Shown: positions 45,835 through 56,036 of the stretch, piece after piece
Layout of the letters: each line of letters opens with the position of its first letter
How positions within the stretch are numbered: position 1 is the stretch's first letter
Origin: an uncultured SAR116 cluster alpha proteobacterium
GTDB lineage: Bacteria > Pseudomonadota > Alphaproteobacteria > Puniceispirillales > Marisalimonadaceae
Direction of reading: 5' to 3'
NCBI GenBank assembly: GCA_902618195.1
Contig: CACMZO010000003.1
Span: 1,176 to 65,175 of the forward strand
DNA: 64,000 nucleotides
Position numbers and translations under genes: made by a program
The notes under the pieces: generated by a model
What the model was told of the DNA's origin: nothing
Seen by the model: the letters and a program-made list of their open reading frames with translations, nothing else
Database searches by the model: none

Positions 45835-46806
45835 ATGGAAGTTTTAATTTTAGGCGCTGCTGGAATGGTAGGGCAAAAACTTTTAAATAAATTAATTATA
45901 AAAAAATCAATAAATGGTAGAGAAATTAAAAAATTTAAACTTTTTGATATAGTTAAGGCTCCATTTCCAAATGACGTAAATTTTGAAGTTGAAATAATCA
46001 CAGGAGATATTTCTAAAAAAAAAATAAGTGAAAAATTAGTTTCTTCTAAACCAGAAATTATTTTTCATCTAGCAGCCATAGTTTCAGGACAAGCGGAAGA
46101 AGAGTTTGATTTAGGTTGGAATATTAATACCAAAGGAAGTTGGGGATTATTTGAAGCAATAAGAGAGTTAGGTGATGATTATAAACCAAGATTAGTTTTT
46201 ACAAGCTCAATAGCTGTCTTTGGTGCGCCTTTCCCTGAAAAAATTCCTGATGATTTTTTTACAACTCCATTAACATCTTACGGAGCACAAAAAGCAATTT
46301 CAGAATTGCTTCTAGCAGATTACTCTAGAAAAGGTATGGTTGACGGTATTTCAATTAGATTACCCACGATTTGCGTTAGACCAGGGAAACCAAATTTGGC
46401 TGCTTCTGGATTTTTTTCTGGAATTATCAGAGAACCTTTAAACGGAATAGAAGCGAGATTGCCTGTTAGTACAAGTGTAAGACATTGGCATGCTTCTCCA
46501 AGATCTGCAGCCGGCTTTCTTTTGCATGCCGCTGAAATTGATACAAAGAAATTAAATAATAGAATAAATTTAAGTATGCCAGGTTTGTCAGCAACTGTTG
46601 AAGAACAAATTGAAGCACTAAGAAAAGTCGCTGGTGAGGATACAGTTAAGTTAATAAAACATGAAATTGATCCTAAAATAGATAATATTGTTCAAGGATG
46701 GGCAAGAGATTTAGACACTACAAGTGCAATAAATTTAGGCTTTAAAGCTGAAAATAACTTTGAAGAAATAATTAAAGTCTATATCGAAGATGATTTAAAT
46801 AAATAA
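45835..46806 (+). CDS. NAD-dependent epimerase/dehydratase-family (extended SDR) protein, D-erythronate-dehydrogenase (DenD)-like
   Basis: 'VLILGAAGMVGQKL', 'IFHLAAIVSG' and 'YGAQKA' (YxxxK). The DenD-like call comes from memory and is tentative. Confidence 0.65.
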   Translation: MEVLILGAAGMVGQKLLNKLIIKKSINGREIKKFKLFDIVKAPFPNDVNFEVEIITGDISKKKISEKLVSSKPEIIFHLAAIVSGQAEEEFDLGWNINTKGSWGLFEAIRELGDDYKPRLVFTSSIAVFGAPFPEKIPDDFFTTPLTSYGAQKAISELLLADYSRKGMVDGISIRLPTICVRPGKPNLAASGFFSGIIREPLNGIEARLPVSTSVRHWHASPRSAAGFLLHAAEIDTKKLNNRINLSMPGLSATVEEQIEALRKVAGEDTVKLIKHEIDPKIDNIVQGWARDLDTTSAINLGFKAENNFEEIIKVYIEDDLNK

Positions 46807-46813
46807 TCCTTAT

Positions 46814-48043
46814 TTAAAAAAAAGCTTGGATTCCTGTTTGAGCTCTACCTAAAATTAGCGCATGAACGTCATGTGTGCCTTCATAAGTATTAACAGTTTC
46901 TAGATTCATTAAATGTCTCATCACTTGATACTCAGCGTGTATGCCGTTACCTCCATGCATATCTCTTGACAATCTTGCTATGTCAAGTGCCTTTCCACAA
47001 TTATTTCTTTTTACAATTGAAATTGCTTCTGGAGCTAGTTTTCCTTCATCAAAAAGTCTTCCAACTCTCAGTGATGCATGAAGACCTAGGGTTATTTCAG
47101 TTTGCATGTCAGCAAGTTTTTTTTGAATAAGTTGTGTGGAAGCCAATGGTTTACCAAACTGTTTTCTATCCAATGTATACTGCAAGGCTCTATGCCAGCA
47201 ATCTTCAGCGGCACCCATAACACCCCAAGAAATTCCATACCTTGCTCTATTTAAACAACTAAAAGGTCCTTTTAAACCTTCAACGTTTGGCAACATATTT
47301 TCTTCAGGAACAAAAACTTTATCCATTACAATTTCTCCTGTAATAGATGCACGTAATGAAAGCTTTTTATTTATTTTTGGGGCACTTAAGCCTTTCATAC
47401 CTTTTTCAAGAATAAACCCTTTTATCTTTTTTTCATGTTTATCTGACTTTGCCCACACTATAAAAACATCAGCAATTGGCGAGTTGGAAATCCACATTTT
47501 TGATCCAGATAATTCATACCCACCATCAACTTTTGTAGCTGTAGTTTTCATTCCACCAGGATCAGATCCTGCATCTGGCTCAGTTAATCCAAAACAACCT
47601 ATAAAATTACCACTAGCAAGTTTTGGTAAAAATTTTTGCTTTTGTTCTTCACTTCCAAAAGCATTTATTGGATGCATAACCAAAGATGATTGAACAGACA
47701 TCATTGATCTATATCCACTGTCTATTCTTTCAACTTCTCTAGCAACTAAACCATAAGAAACATAAGATGCACCTGCACAACCATATTTCTCAGATATGGT
47801 TACACCCAAAAGACCAAGTTCTCCCATCTCTTTAAAAATTTTTACATCTGTATTCTCTTCTAAAAAAGCTTCTTCAACTCTTGGCAACAGACTACCTTGA
47901 GCATAATCATAAGCTGTGTCTCTAATAAGTTTTTCTTCTTCAGACAACTGACCATTTAAATCTAAAGGATCTTTCCAATCAAATTCATTTTTTTCAGACT
48001 TAACTACATTTAAATTTGTAACTGTTTTTTTAATATCATCCAT
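46814..48043 (-). CDS. gcdH: Glutaryl-CoA dehydrogenase
   Basis: '[17 protein letters not shown]', '[26 protein letters not shown]', '[17 protein letters not shown]' and '[17 protein letters not shown]' closely follow the GCDH consensus. Confidence 0.85.
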   Translation of the reverse strand: MDDIKKTVTNLNVVKSEKNEFDWKDPLDLNGQLSEEEKLIRDTAYDYAQGSLLPRVEEAFLEENTDVKIFKEMGELGLLGVTISEKYGCAGASYVSYGLVAREVERIDSGYRSMMSVQSSLVMHPINAFGSEEQKQKFLPKLASGNFIGCFGLTEPDAGSDPGGMKTTATKVDGGYELSGSKMWISNSPIADVFIVWAKSDKHEKKIKGFILEKGMKGLSAPKINKKLSLRASITGEIVMDKVFVPEENMLPNVEGLKGPFSCLNRARYGISWGVMGAAEDCWHRALQYTLDRKQFGKPLASTQLIQKKLADMQTEITLGLHASLRVGRLFDEGKLAPEAISIVKRNNCGKALDIARLSRDMHGGNGIHAEYQVMRHLMNLETVNTYEGTHDVHALILGRAQTGIQAFF

Positions 48044-48092
48044 AGTGTTTTCTCTTTTTGAAATTTACTCTATTAATTATAAAAAATAAAAT

Positions 48093-48695
48093 CTACTTAT
48101 TTTTCCTTTTAATATATCTTTCTAAAAAATCTAATCTATCCTGACCCCAATAAATTTGGTCATCTATTATATAGGTAGGCGCACCAAAAACAGCAAGGTC
48201 TATTGCCTCTTTAGTATATTCATTCATTTCTTTTTCAACTTGTTTACTTTCAGAAAAGTCAATAACTTCATCAGCAGTTTTAATAAATCTTGTTAATATT
48301 TTCTTTAAATTTTTTGGATCATCTATATTCATTTCTTTAATCCACAGACCTTCCATAATTGCATAGGCTATATCATTAACATTTTCAAAATTTAATATCT
48401 TAACAGAAATAATAACTTTGGATGGCAAAATAGACCTTGAAGGAAAATATTTTGGCTCAGAATTAAGCTTAATCTTTAAAAATTCTGACCATCTTTGTAA
48501 TTCTTGCAATCTATATTTTTGTCTTTGTAATGGCCTTTTATGAACTGGAAGTCCTCCAGATACTGGAAAAATCTCTCCATAATTAACGGGCATTATATCC
48601 AATTCACAATTATTTTTTTTTGAAATTTCATTTACTTTTTTGTGTCCAAGAAAAGTCCAAGGACTTCCATGACTCATAAAATATTTAATTTTCAT
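48093..48695 (-). CDS. 2-hydroxychromene-2-carboxylate isomerase family protein (DsbA-like thioredoxin fold)
   Basis: 200 aa. 'SHGSPWTFLG' and C-terminal 'FGAPTYIIDDQIYWGQDRLDFLERY'. Confidence 0.7.
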   Translation of the reverse strand: MKIKYFMSHGSPWTFLGHKKVNEISKKNNCELDIMPVNYGEIFPVSGGLPVHKRPLQRQKYRLQELQRWSEFLKIKLNSEPKYFPSRSILPSKVIISVKILNFENVNDIAYAIMEGLWIKEMNIDDPKNLKKILTRFIKTADEVIDFSESKQVEKEMNEYTKEAIDLAVFGAPTYIIDDQIYWGQDRLDFLERYIKRKNK

Positions 48696-48709
48696 TTAGT
48701 TTTCCTAAT

Positions 48710-49078
48710 TTAAACTCCGAACCCAGATCCAGATTTTTTATACTGATCTCTAGGAGGACTAAATATATCCATAACTTTTGCTCCATTTTTGCCAGCTTCT
48801 ATACCATGTTCAACATTACCAGGTGTTAACCAAAAATCACCTTTTTTGATTTCTATTCTTTCGCCACCTTGAATTCTTATACCAGATCCTTCCAACATTA
48901 CACCCCATTGTTCCTCAGTATGTGAGTGAATTTGTCCAACACAATTTGGTTCAATTGTGACTACCGAAATCATTGCTTGATCCCCACAAAATATACTTGT
49001 TTCTAGACCTTCACCAAGCTTTCTTTTTATACCCCCATCCAAATTATTTATATTGTAAAAATTATTTTTCTGACTCAT
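48710..49078 (-). CDS. Cupin domain protein
   Basis: 122 aa. 'GQIHSHTEEQWGVMLEG' and 'PGNVEHG' are the two cupin His-containing motifs. Confidence 0.75.
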   Translation of the reverse strand: MSQKNNFYNINNLDGGIKRKLGEGLETSIFCGDQAMISVVTIEPNCVGQIHSHTEEQWGVMLEGSGIRIQGGERIEIKKGDFWLTPGNVEHGIEAGKNGAKVMDIFSPPRDQYKKSGSGFGV

Positions 49079-49090
49079 AATATCTCCCTA

Positions 49091-49939
49091 TTAAAATGGT
49101 TTGTCGCCTTGAAAAGTAATTCGATGCATTAATCTTCTATATCCATGATAATCATTAACTGGATAATGCATTGTGCATCTGTTATCCCAAATTGCAACAG
49201 AGCCCTTTTCCCATTTAAACCGACAAGTAAATTCTGACTTGATTTGATGTTTATATAAATATTCTAAAATTGGTGTACTTTCTTCAACACTCATTCCTAC
49301 AAAATGAGTTGTATGAGCTTCATTAACATATAATGATTTTCTTTTTGTTTCAGGATGTGTTCTTACAACAGGATGTATCGCTTCTAACTCATCACCTTTT
49401 AAACCAACTGAGGAATGTTTCATTATATCAGATCTTGTTTTGGCAACTCTACCTTTGCCTGATATATTTACAGCTTTTTGATTATTTAAAAAATTTTTCA
49501 TCCCTTCAGATAAAGTATCATAAGCTAGGTATTGATTTGAAAACTCAGTATCACCACCAAAATCAGGCACCTCTAAAGCGTATAACATAGTCCCTTTTGG
49601 CGGTTCATCTTGATAAGTAGTATCACTATGCCAGATACCACCAAAATTATTGGTATCTGTTTCCTTTTTAAGAATTGGTGTAATTTCAGGAAAATTTTCT
49701 AAACCTTTCACAAAAGGATATATTATTGGCGTTCCAATTTTATTTGCAAAAGACTTTTGACTTTCGGGAGAAAATTTTTGATCTCTAAAAAAAATAACTT
49801 GATACATCAAAAAAGCATCGTAAATCTCATCGAATACTTCTTCATTCAAATCATTATTCAATTCTACATTTTCAATGACTGCTCCAATTGAACCAGATAC
49901 TTTTTTAATTTTTATAAATTTATATTCTTTTTTATTCAT
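49091..49939 (-). CDS. TauD/TfdA-family Fe(II)/2-oxoglutarate dioxygenase (taurine dioxygenase-like)
   Basis: 'GGIWHSDTTYQDEPPKGTMLYALEVPDFGGDTEFSN', 'IWDNRCTMH' and 'RLMHRITF'. Confidence 0.8.
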   Translation of the reverse strand: MNKKEYKFIKIKKVSGSIGAVIENVELNNDLNEEVFDEIYDAFLMYQVIFFRDQKFSPESQKSFANKIGTPIIYPFVKGLENFPEITPILKKETDTNNFGGIWHSDTTYQDEPPKGTMLYALEVPDFGGDTEFSNQYLAYDTLSEGMKNFLNNQKAVNISGKGRVAKTRSDIMKHSSVGLKGDELEAIHPVVRTHPETKRKSLYVNEAHTTHFVGMSVEESTPILEYLYKHQIKSEFTCRFKWEKGSVAIWDNRCTMHYPVNDYHGYRRLMHRITFQGDKPF

Positions 49940-49991
49940 ACTAACCTAATTAGAAATTTTGTTTTTTGTTTATAATGTATATTATTATCAA

Positions 49992-51029
49992 ATGAATATA
50001 AAAAATCCATATTTACCTATTAATATAGAATGGCTAGATGTCCATAAAGAAGTAGCATTACTTCCTGATTTAGAAATTATAGATCCGCATCATCATCTTT
50101 GGGATTTAGAGTTTGGAAAATATTTAAATGATGATTTTATACAGGACATCAATAAATCTGGACATAATATTAAAGCTAGTGTCTATATCATGTCATCAGC
50201 AAATACAAAAATTTATGATCAAAATTCTAATGAATTTTCAACTCTCCCAGAAATAAAATTTGCATACGAACAATATTTAGATTCTAAAAATAATAAATTA
50301 AATCAATGTTCAATAAATAACTCAATTGTTGGTGCATTAGATTTAAGATACGGAAAAAAATTAACACCAGTTATAGAAAAAGGACTTGAAATTAGTAATG
50401 GAAAGTTGAAAGGAATACGTATGCTTTTAGCGGCACATAACGACGAAAGAATTAGTTCCGGTGCAGTAAAAACAAAAACGGGTATTATGCTAGACCCCAA
50501 CTTTATTGAGGGTGCAAAAATTTTAGAAAAAAATAAATTATCTTTGGATTTTTGGATTTATCACACTCAACTAAATGAGTTAGAATTTGTTGCAAAAACT
50601 TTACCTGATTTATCTATAATATTAAATCATATTGGAGGCCCTATACAAGTTGGACCTTATGAAGGAAAACAAGGAATTACTCATCGTGAATGGAGACGTT
50701 CAATGATGAGACTTGCAGTTTTTCCAAACATAAAAGTTAAGTTAGGTGGTCTTGGAATGAAAGTATGTGGTTCTAAATTTAATCTAAATCCAAAGCCACC
50801 TTCATCAGATCAATTGTCAGAACTATGGAAATCATGGTTTTTTGAAACTATTGATTTGTTTGGAACTGACAGATGTATGTTCGAAAGCAACTTTCCGGTT
50901 GATAAAGGTAGTTGTAGTTACGGAGTTTTATGGAACGCTTTTAAAAAAATTTGCGCTAATTTTTCAAATGATGAAAAGAATAAACTTTTTTACCAAAATG
51001 CAAAAGAAACATATAATATCAGGATATAA
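49992..51029 (+). CDS. Amidohydrolase_2 (metal-dependent TIM-barrel hydrolase/decarboxylase) family protein
   Basis: 'IIDPHHHLWD', 'ILNHIGGP' and 'MFESNFPVDK'. I use ATG 49992; the track start at 49959 adds an implausible leader. Confidence 0.8.
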   Translation: MNIKNPYLPINIEWLDVHKEVALLPDLEIIDPHHHLWDLEFGKYLNDDFIQDINKSGHNIKASVYIMSSANTKIYDQNSNEFSTLPEIKFAYEQYLDSKNNKLNQCSINNSIVGALDLRYGKKLTPVIEKGLEISNGKLKGIRMLLAAHNDERISSGAVKTKTGIMLDPNFIEGAKILEKNKLSLDFWIYHTQLNELEFVAKTLPDLSIILNHIGGPIQVGPYEGKQGITHREWRRSMMRLAVFPNIKVKLGGLGMKVCGSKFNLNPKPPSSDQLSELWKSWFFETIDLFGTDRCMFESNFPVDKGSCSYGVLWNAFKKICANFSNDEKNKLFYQNAKETYNIRI

Positions 51030-51032
51030 TTT

Positions 51033-52031
51033 ATGAAGCTTTCAATTTTAGATCAATCTGTAGCAATAGCCAATAAATGTCAGGACCAGGTTATAAACGA
51101 TACTTTAAATTTAAGTAAAATTGCAGAAGAATTAGGATATTTCAGATTTTGGATATCTGAACATCACAATCATCCAACAATAATTGGTACCGCACCAGAA
51201 ATTTTAATGGCAGCGATAGCAGCAAAAACTAATAAAATTAGGATTGGTAGCGCTGGCATAATGCTTCCCCATTATTCTTCATTCAAAGTAGCCGAACAAT
51301 TTAGAGTACTTAACTCACTTGCACCAAATAGAATAGATCTTGGACTAGGAAGAGCTCCTGGTTCTGACGGACGAACTGCTTTGGCTTTAAATTCAAATAA
51401 CAGAGAATTTTCAGAGAACTTTCCCTCACATGTAAGAGATTTAATTGCATGGGTAACAAATAGTGATTTGTTAGAAGATCATCCATTTAAAAGATTAAAA
51501 GCACAACCAATAAGTGATACCTCACCAGAAATATGGATGTTAGGAACATCAAATTACGGAGCACAATTAGCAGCTTATCTTGGAATACCTTATTGTTATG
51601 CATATTTCATAACTGAAGGCCATAGTATGAGTAAATCAATAAAAAATTATAAAGAAAATTTTAAACCTAGTAAGTTTTTAAACAAACCAAAAGTGAATGT
51701 ATGTTTATGGGCTTTAGCATCAGATGATGACGAAAAAGCAGAGTATTTATTTTCTTCAAGAGCATACTGGAAAATAGCAAGAAATTATGGCGAACTTGAT
51801 ACTTTAAAATCACCTAAAGATGCATTATCTAAATTAAATGAAAATAATTGGATGTTAGAATTTAAAAATATGATAAGTAGTTCAATCGTTGGATCATCTG
51901 AAACTGTTAAAAACAAAATTAATTCTATAAAAGATGATAATGATTTTGATGAATTAACTATATTAACTTGGTGTCATGATGAAAAAGAGAGAATCAATTC
52001 TTACAAAATATTTTCTGAATTAATTAATTAA
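51033..52031 (+). CDS. Luciferase-like (LLM class) flavin-dependent oxidoreductase
   Basis: 332 aa. 'MKLSILDQS', 'FWISEHHN', 'IRIGSAGIMLPHYS' and 'RIDLGLGRAPG'. Confidence 0.85.
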   Translation: MKLSILDQSVAIANKCQDQVINDTLNLSKIAEELGYFRFWISEHHNHPTIIGTAPEILMAAIAAKTNKIRIGSAGIMLPHYSSFKVAEQFRVLNSLAPNRIDLGLGRAPGSDGRTALALNSNNREFSENFPSHVRDLIAWVTNSDLLEDHPFKRLKAQPISDTSPEIWMLGTSNYGAQLAAYLGIPYCYAYFITEGHSMSKSIKNYKENFKPSKFLNKPKVNVCLWALASDDDEKAEYLFSSRAYWKIARNYGELDTLKSPKDALSKLNENNWMLEFKNMISSSIVGSSETVKNKINSIKDDNDFDELTILTWCHDEKERINSYKIFSELIN

Positions 52032-52048
52032 TTATAACGAGATTATGT

Positions 52049-52645
52049 ATGTTTATTTATTTAAAAAGTATCAAGTTTTTATTAATTCCTTTAATTATAA
52101 CACTATTAAATGGTTGTTCGAGTACTAATATGAAAGATTTTGAGAATAAAACTCCAAAGCTTAATCTTTTTGAATTTTTCAAAGGTGAAACAGTGGCTTA
52201 TGGAATTTTTGAAGATAGGTTTGGAAAACTTAGAAGACAGTTCAGAGTTAAAATTAAAGGAAGTGTTGAAGAAAACATCCTTACGCTTGATGAAAAATTT
52301 ATTTACGACGATGGAGAAAAAGCAACAAGGATTTGGAAAATTAAAAAATTAAATGAAAACAAAAACTTAATAAAATATGAGGGTAGTGCTGATGATGTTG
52401 AAGGATTAGCAACTGGTTCTTCAATTGGAAACGCGCTTAATTGGACTTACGATATATATTTAAATATAAAGGGTTCAAATCTTAAGGTTAAATTTAACGA
52501 TTGGATTTATAAACAAGATAGCAATGTTGCTATTAATAGAGCTTATGTAAGCAAATTTGGAATAAATTTTGGCTCTGTCACATTGGTTTTTTTAAGAGGA
52601 CAAACAGCCAAAACAGTTAGTCCATTAAATATGAATTCTTGGTAG
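52049..52645 (+). CDS. DUF3833-family lipoprotein
   Basis: Lipobox 'LLNGCSS'. 'LFEFFKGETVAYGIFEDRFGKLRRQFRVKIKG...YDDGEKATRIW' matches my recollection of DUF3833. Confidence 0.55.
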   Translation: MFIYLKSIKFLLIPLIITLLNGCSSTNMKDFENKTPKLNLFEFFKGETVAYGIFEDRFGKLRRQFRVKIKGSVEENILTLDEKFIYDDGEKATRIWKIKKLNENKNLIKYEGSADDVEGLATGSSIGNALNWTYDIYLNIKGSNLKVKFNDWIYKQDSNVAINRAYVSKFGINFGSVTLVFLRGQTAKTVSPLNMNSW

Positions 52646-52650
52646 TATAA

Positions 52651-53184
52651 TTGTTAAGAATTTTACTTATTAGTGTATTTTTAATTTTTTCAAACTTAGC
52701 TTTTGGAAAATATATTTCTTTTTTAGACCCTAAGAGTGAATTTATAATTTCAAAATATCTTGGTAAAAAATTTTTAATTGGTAGTGCAAATTACTCATTT
52801 TTATTCTGGGATATCTATGATGCTGAATTGTATTCTACCTCAAAAAAATATAATTCTAATGAATTAGCAATTATCCTTAAATACAACCGATCAATTGATA
52901 AAGAGACTTTAATTAGAGAGACAATCAATGATATTAAGGAACAGAAAAATATTTCAAATCAACAAGAAGAAAAGTGGAAAAGTCTACTTGAATCAATTTA
53001 TATTGATACAAAAACAAATAAAAAATTTATAGCTATTAAAATGAATAATAAATCTATTTTTTACTATAATAATAAAAAATTACATGAAAGTTTTGATGAA
53101 GAATTCAATCAACTTTTTTTCAATATTTGGCTCAGAAGTAATAGTAAAAACCCAAATTTTACAAAAACTCTTCTAGGACAATAA
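52651..53184 (+). CDS. Secreted chalcone-isomerase-like family protein (tentative)
   Basis: Signal peptide 'MLRILLISVFLIFSNLAFG' (TTG start). 'FLFWDIYDAELYS' resembles the Chalcone_3-type motif. Such proteins commonly neighbour DUF3833. Confidence 0.4.
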   Translation: MLRILLISVFLIFSNLAFGKYISFLDPKSEFIISKYLGKKFLIGSANYSFLFWDIYDAELYSTSKKYNSNELAIILKYNRSIDKETLIRETINDIKEQKNISNQQEEKWKSLLESIYIDTKTNKKFIAIKMNNKSIFYYNNKKLHESFDEEFNQLFFNIWLRSNSKNPNFTKTLLGQ

Positions 53185-53187
53185 ACC

Positions 53188-53727
53188 ATGAAATTAAAGG
53201 CATTCTTTTTTGAAATTTTACCTATAACAACTTTTTTCATTATAGCACAATATCAATCAATTATAATAGCAGCATTAATTTCTTCTTTATTTAGTTTAAT
53301 GGTTTTAATAACTTTTTATTTTGTTGAAAAAAGAATTGCTAAGTTTCAAATTTTTTCGATCACCTTATCTGGATTACTTTCAGTTCTAGCATTTATATAT
53401 AATGAAGAAATTTTTGTTAAGATTAAGCCATCCATATATAACGGCCTATTTTCTGCAGTTTTATTAGGTGGTTTACTCTACAAAAAACCAATGATGAAAC
53501 AATTTTTTGGATCACAATTTTTCTTAACTGAACAAACTTGGTTTTTATTAAGCTTGAGATGGGGATTATTTTTTGGATTTTTAACAATAGCAAATGAAAT
53601 TATTTGGAGAAATTATTCAACTGAAGAATGGGTTTTTGTAAAAGTTTTTATTTTATTTCCACTTGTAGGCATTTTTATGCTTGCTCAACTTCCTTTAACG
53701 CTTAGAGGCAGAATTAAAAGCGATTAA
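53188..53727 (+). CDS. Inner-membrane protein, intracellular septation protein A (YciB/IspZ)-like
   Basis: 179 aa, the same length as YciB. 5 TM pattern and a basic C-terminus. Confidence 0.5.
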   Translation: MKLKAFFFEILPITTFFIIAQYQSIIIAALISSLFSLMVLITFYFVEKRIAKFQIFSITLSGLLSVLAFIYNEEIFVKIKPSIYNGLFSAVLLGGLLYKKPMMKQFFGSQFFLTEQTWFLLSLRWGLFFGFLTIANEIIWRNYSTEEWVFVKVFILFPLVGIFMLAQLPLTLRGRIKSD

Positions 53728-53774
53728 TTTCCAATTAAGTTGTTGTAAATAAAAAATTATAATACTTTATAATT

Positions 53775-54929
53775 ATGAGTATTAAAATCACATCCTTAAA
53801 AATTCATGTAATTCAGTCTCATTTAGAAACACCTTTTTCTTTTTCTCAAGGTTGGGTAAACAAAAGATCTGCAACTCTTGTTGAAATAAATACAAACGAC
53901 GGCATTACTGGTTGGGGAGAAGCATTTTGTCAAGGATTAGAACCACCAGAAATTTCTGCTGCAGTTATAGAAAATTCATTAAAAGAATTAATAATAAATG
54001 AAAATCCACTCGATATAGAGAAGATTTGGTTCAAAATGTATAATCAAACAAGAGATTTTGGACGAAAAGGTTCAGTAATTTCAGGCATTAGTGCAATTGA
54101 TACAGCGTTATGGGATATTGCAGGAAAGTATTATAAAAAACCTATTTACCAATTGCTTGGAGGTGCATTTCGAAAAAAAATAAAACCTTATGCAACAGGT
54201 TTTTATAGAATAAATGGTAAAAATGAAGCTGTAAGATTATCAGATGAAGCATTAATGCATTATGAAAATGGCTTTGACCACATGAAAATTAAGTTAGGCT
54301 TTGGAGTACAAGACGATATCAATGTAATGAAATCAATCCATAAAGTATTAAATAATAAAAATTGTACTTTTATGGTTGATACCAATCATGCCTATGGAGT
54401 TACAGAAGCTTTAGAACTTGGTTATGCTTTAGAAGAATTTAATTTAAGATGGTACGAAGAGCCAGTTGTTCCAGAAAATCTAGAGGGATATGCTTATTTA
54501 AGGAAAAAATTAAAAATACCTATTGCTGGTGGAGAAAATGAACACACACTATATGGTTTTAAAGATCTTTTAAAATTGGGATGTATTGATATAGCTCAAC
54601 CTGATATTGGGTCATGTGGGGGAATAACCGGAGCAAAACATATATCAATTTTAGCCCAAAGTTTTGGGATTGAGGTAAACCCACATGTATGGGGATCTGC
54701 AGTTGCACAATCAGCATCAATCCATTTCATAGCCTCACTCCCTGAAACAAACCATTCTTTGTTCGCACGACAGCCCATTTTAGAATATGATCAATCTGAT
54801 CATCCTTTTAGAAAAGAACTTTTAAAAACCCCTATTAAAATAACAAATGGATACGTTCCTGTTCAAACTAGTCCTGGTTTAGGGATTGAAGTGAATAATG
54901 AAATTATAAAAAAATATAAAATCAATTAA
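53775..54929 (+). CDS. Enolase-superfamily enzyme (mandelate racemase / muconate-lactonizing / acid-sugar dehydratase family)
   Basis: 'GWGEA', 'ALWDIAGK', 'MKIKLG', 'MVDTNHAY', 'WYEEP', 'IAGGEN' and 'DIAQPD' carry the metal-ligand D/E/E pattern. Confidence 0.85.
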   Translation: MSIKITSLKIHVIQSHLETPFSFSQGWVNKRSATLVEINTNDGITGWGEAFCQGLEPPEISAAVIENSLKELIINENPLDIEKIWFKMYNQTRDFGRKGSVISGISAIDTALWDIAGKYYKKPIYQLLGGAFRKKIKPYATGFYRINGKNEAVRLSDEALMHYENGFDHMKIKLGFGVQDDINVMKSIHKVLNNKNCTFMVDTNHAYGVTEALELGYALEEFNLRWYEEPVVPENLEGYAYLRKKLKIPIAGGENEHTLYGFKDLLKLGCIDIAQPDIGSCGGITGAKHISILAQSFGIEVNPHVWGSAVAQSASIHFIASLPETNHSLFARQPILEYDQSDHPFRKELLKTPIKITNGYVPVQTSPGLGIEVNNEIIKKYKIN

Positions 54930-54932
54930 TAG

Positions 54933-56036
54933 ATGCTCCACTTACTTGATAAAAATATTAAATCAAATTTTGTTGATATTGGAACAGGATTAAAAGTTCA
55001 CTATTTAGAATGTAATTACACAAACAAAAAAGATGCGCCCATAGCATTATTACTTCACGGATTTCCTGAAATAAGCTTTAGTTGGAGAAAAATTTTACCA
55101 CTACTTTCTAAAAAAGGATTTAGAGTAATTGCAATTGATCAAAGAGGATATGGGAAAACTATAGGTGGATCAAAAAACTATGAAGATGACATTAGAGAAT
55201 ATAATTTAATTAATTTAGTTTCTGACTTAGTGTCTTTTCTAAAAGTCATGAATATTAATAATATAGATCTTTTAGTTGGTCATGATGCTGGCTCTATAGT
55301 GGCAGGCGCAGCAACCTTAATTAGACCAGATCTTTTTAAATCTTTAGTTATGATGAGTGCTCCATTCACAGGTCCTTTAAAATCTGAATTAAATAAAAAT
55401 AAATTTGATATACATAACCAGTTAAAAGAACTAGATCCACCAAGAAAACATTATCAATGGTATTACTCAACAAAAAAAGCGAATGATGATATGCATTTGT
55501 CAAGCAAAGAAAAATTAGCGTATTTTTTAAGATCTTATTTTTATGTAAAAAGTGCTGACTGGGAATATAATAATCCATTTGAACTATCTTCTTGGTCAGG
55601 AAAAGAATTAGAAAAGCTTCCAGAATATTACATAATGAAACTAGAAGATACAATGGTTGACAGCGTCACAAAATTTTTTCCAAAAAACACAAATTGTAAT
55701 TGGCTTAATGATGATGAGTTGAACGTATATACAAATACATTTTTTAAAAATGGTTTTCAATCAGCCTTAAATTGGTATAGATGCATGACATCTGATAATC
55801 AAAATAAAGAATTAAATGTTTTTCAAGGTAAGTTAATTAATAATTTTGCATTATACATTAGTGGAGAAAAAGACTGGGGTATGTACCAAAAACCTGGTGC
55901 ATTAAATGAAATGAAAAATTTATGCAAAAACTTCAAAGGTATTAAAATAATTAAAAATGCTGGTCATTGGGTTCAACAAGAAAAACCAGAAGATGTAGCC
56001 AGAGCAATTTTAAATTTTTATTATTCATTTGCTTAA
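54933..56036 (+). CDS. Alpha/beta hydrolase, epoxide-hydrolase-like
   Basis: 'LLLHGFPEISFSWRKILP' (compare HGFPExWYSWR), nucleophile elbow 'VGHDAGS' and C-terminal 'AGHWVQQEKPEDV'. Confidence 0.8.
   Translation: MLHLLDKNIKSNFVDIGTGLKVHYLECNYTNKKDAPIALLLHGFPEISFSWRKILPLLSKKGFRVIAIDQRGYGKTIGGSKNYEDDIREYNLINLVSDLVSFLKVMNINNIDLLVGHDAGSIVAGAATLIRPDLFKSLVMMSAPFTGPLKSELNKNKFDIHNQLKELDPPRKHYQWYYSTKKANDDMHLSSKEKLAYFLRSYFYVKSADWEYNNPFELSSWSGKELEKLPEYYIMKLEDTMVDSVTKFFPKNTNCNWLNDDELNVYTNTFFKNGFQSALNWYRCMTSDNQNKELNVFQGKLINNFALYISGEKDWGMYQKPGALNEMKNLCKNFKGIKIIKNAGHWVQQEKPEDVARAILNFYYSFA

Noticed and set aside
47136-47693. 185-aa plus-strand ORF inside gcdH
   Set aside because: It is antisense to a gene that matches the glutaryl-CoA dehydrogenase consensus throughout, so it is a shadow ORF. 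The same applies to 29006-29620 (+) inside the IlvD/Edd gene, 41067-41402 (-), 41419-41637 (-), 42115-42399 (-), 56270-56641 (-) and 60098-60352 (+).
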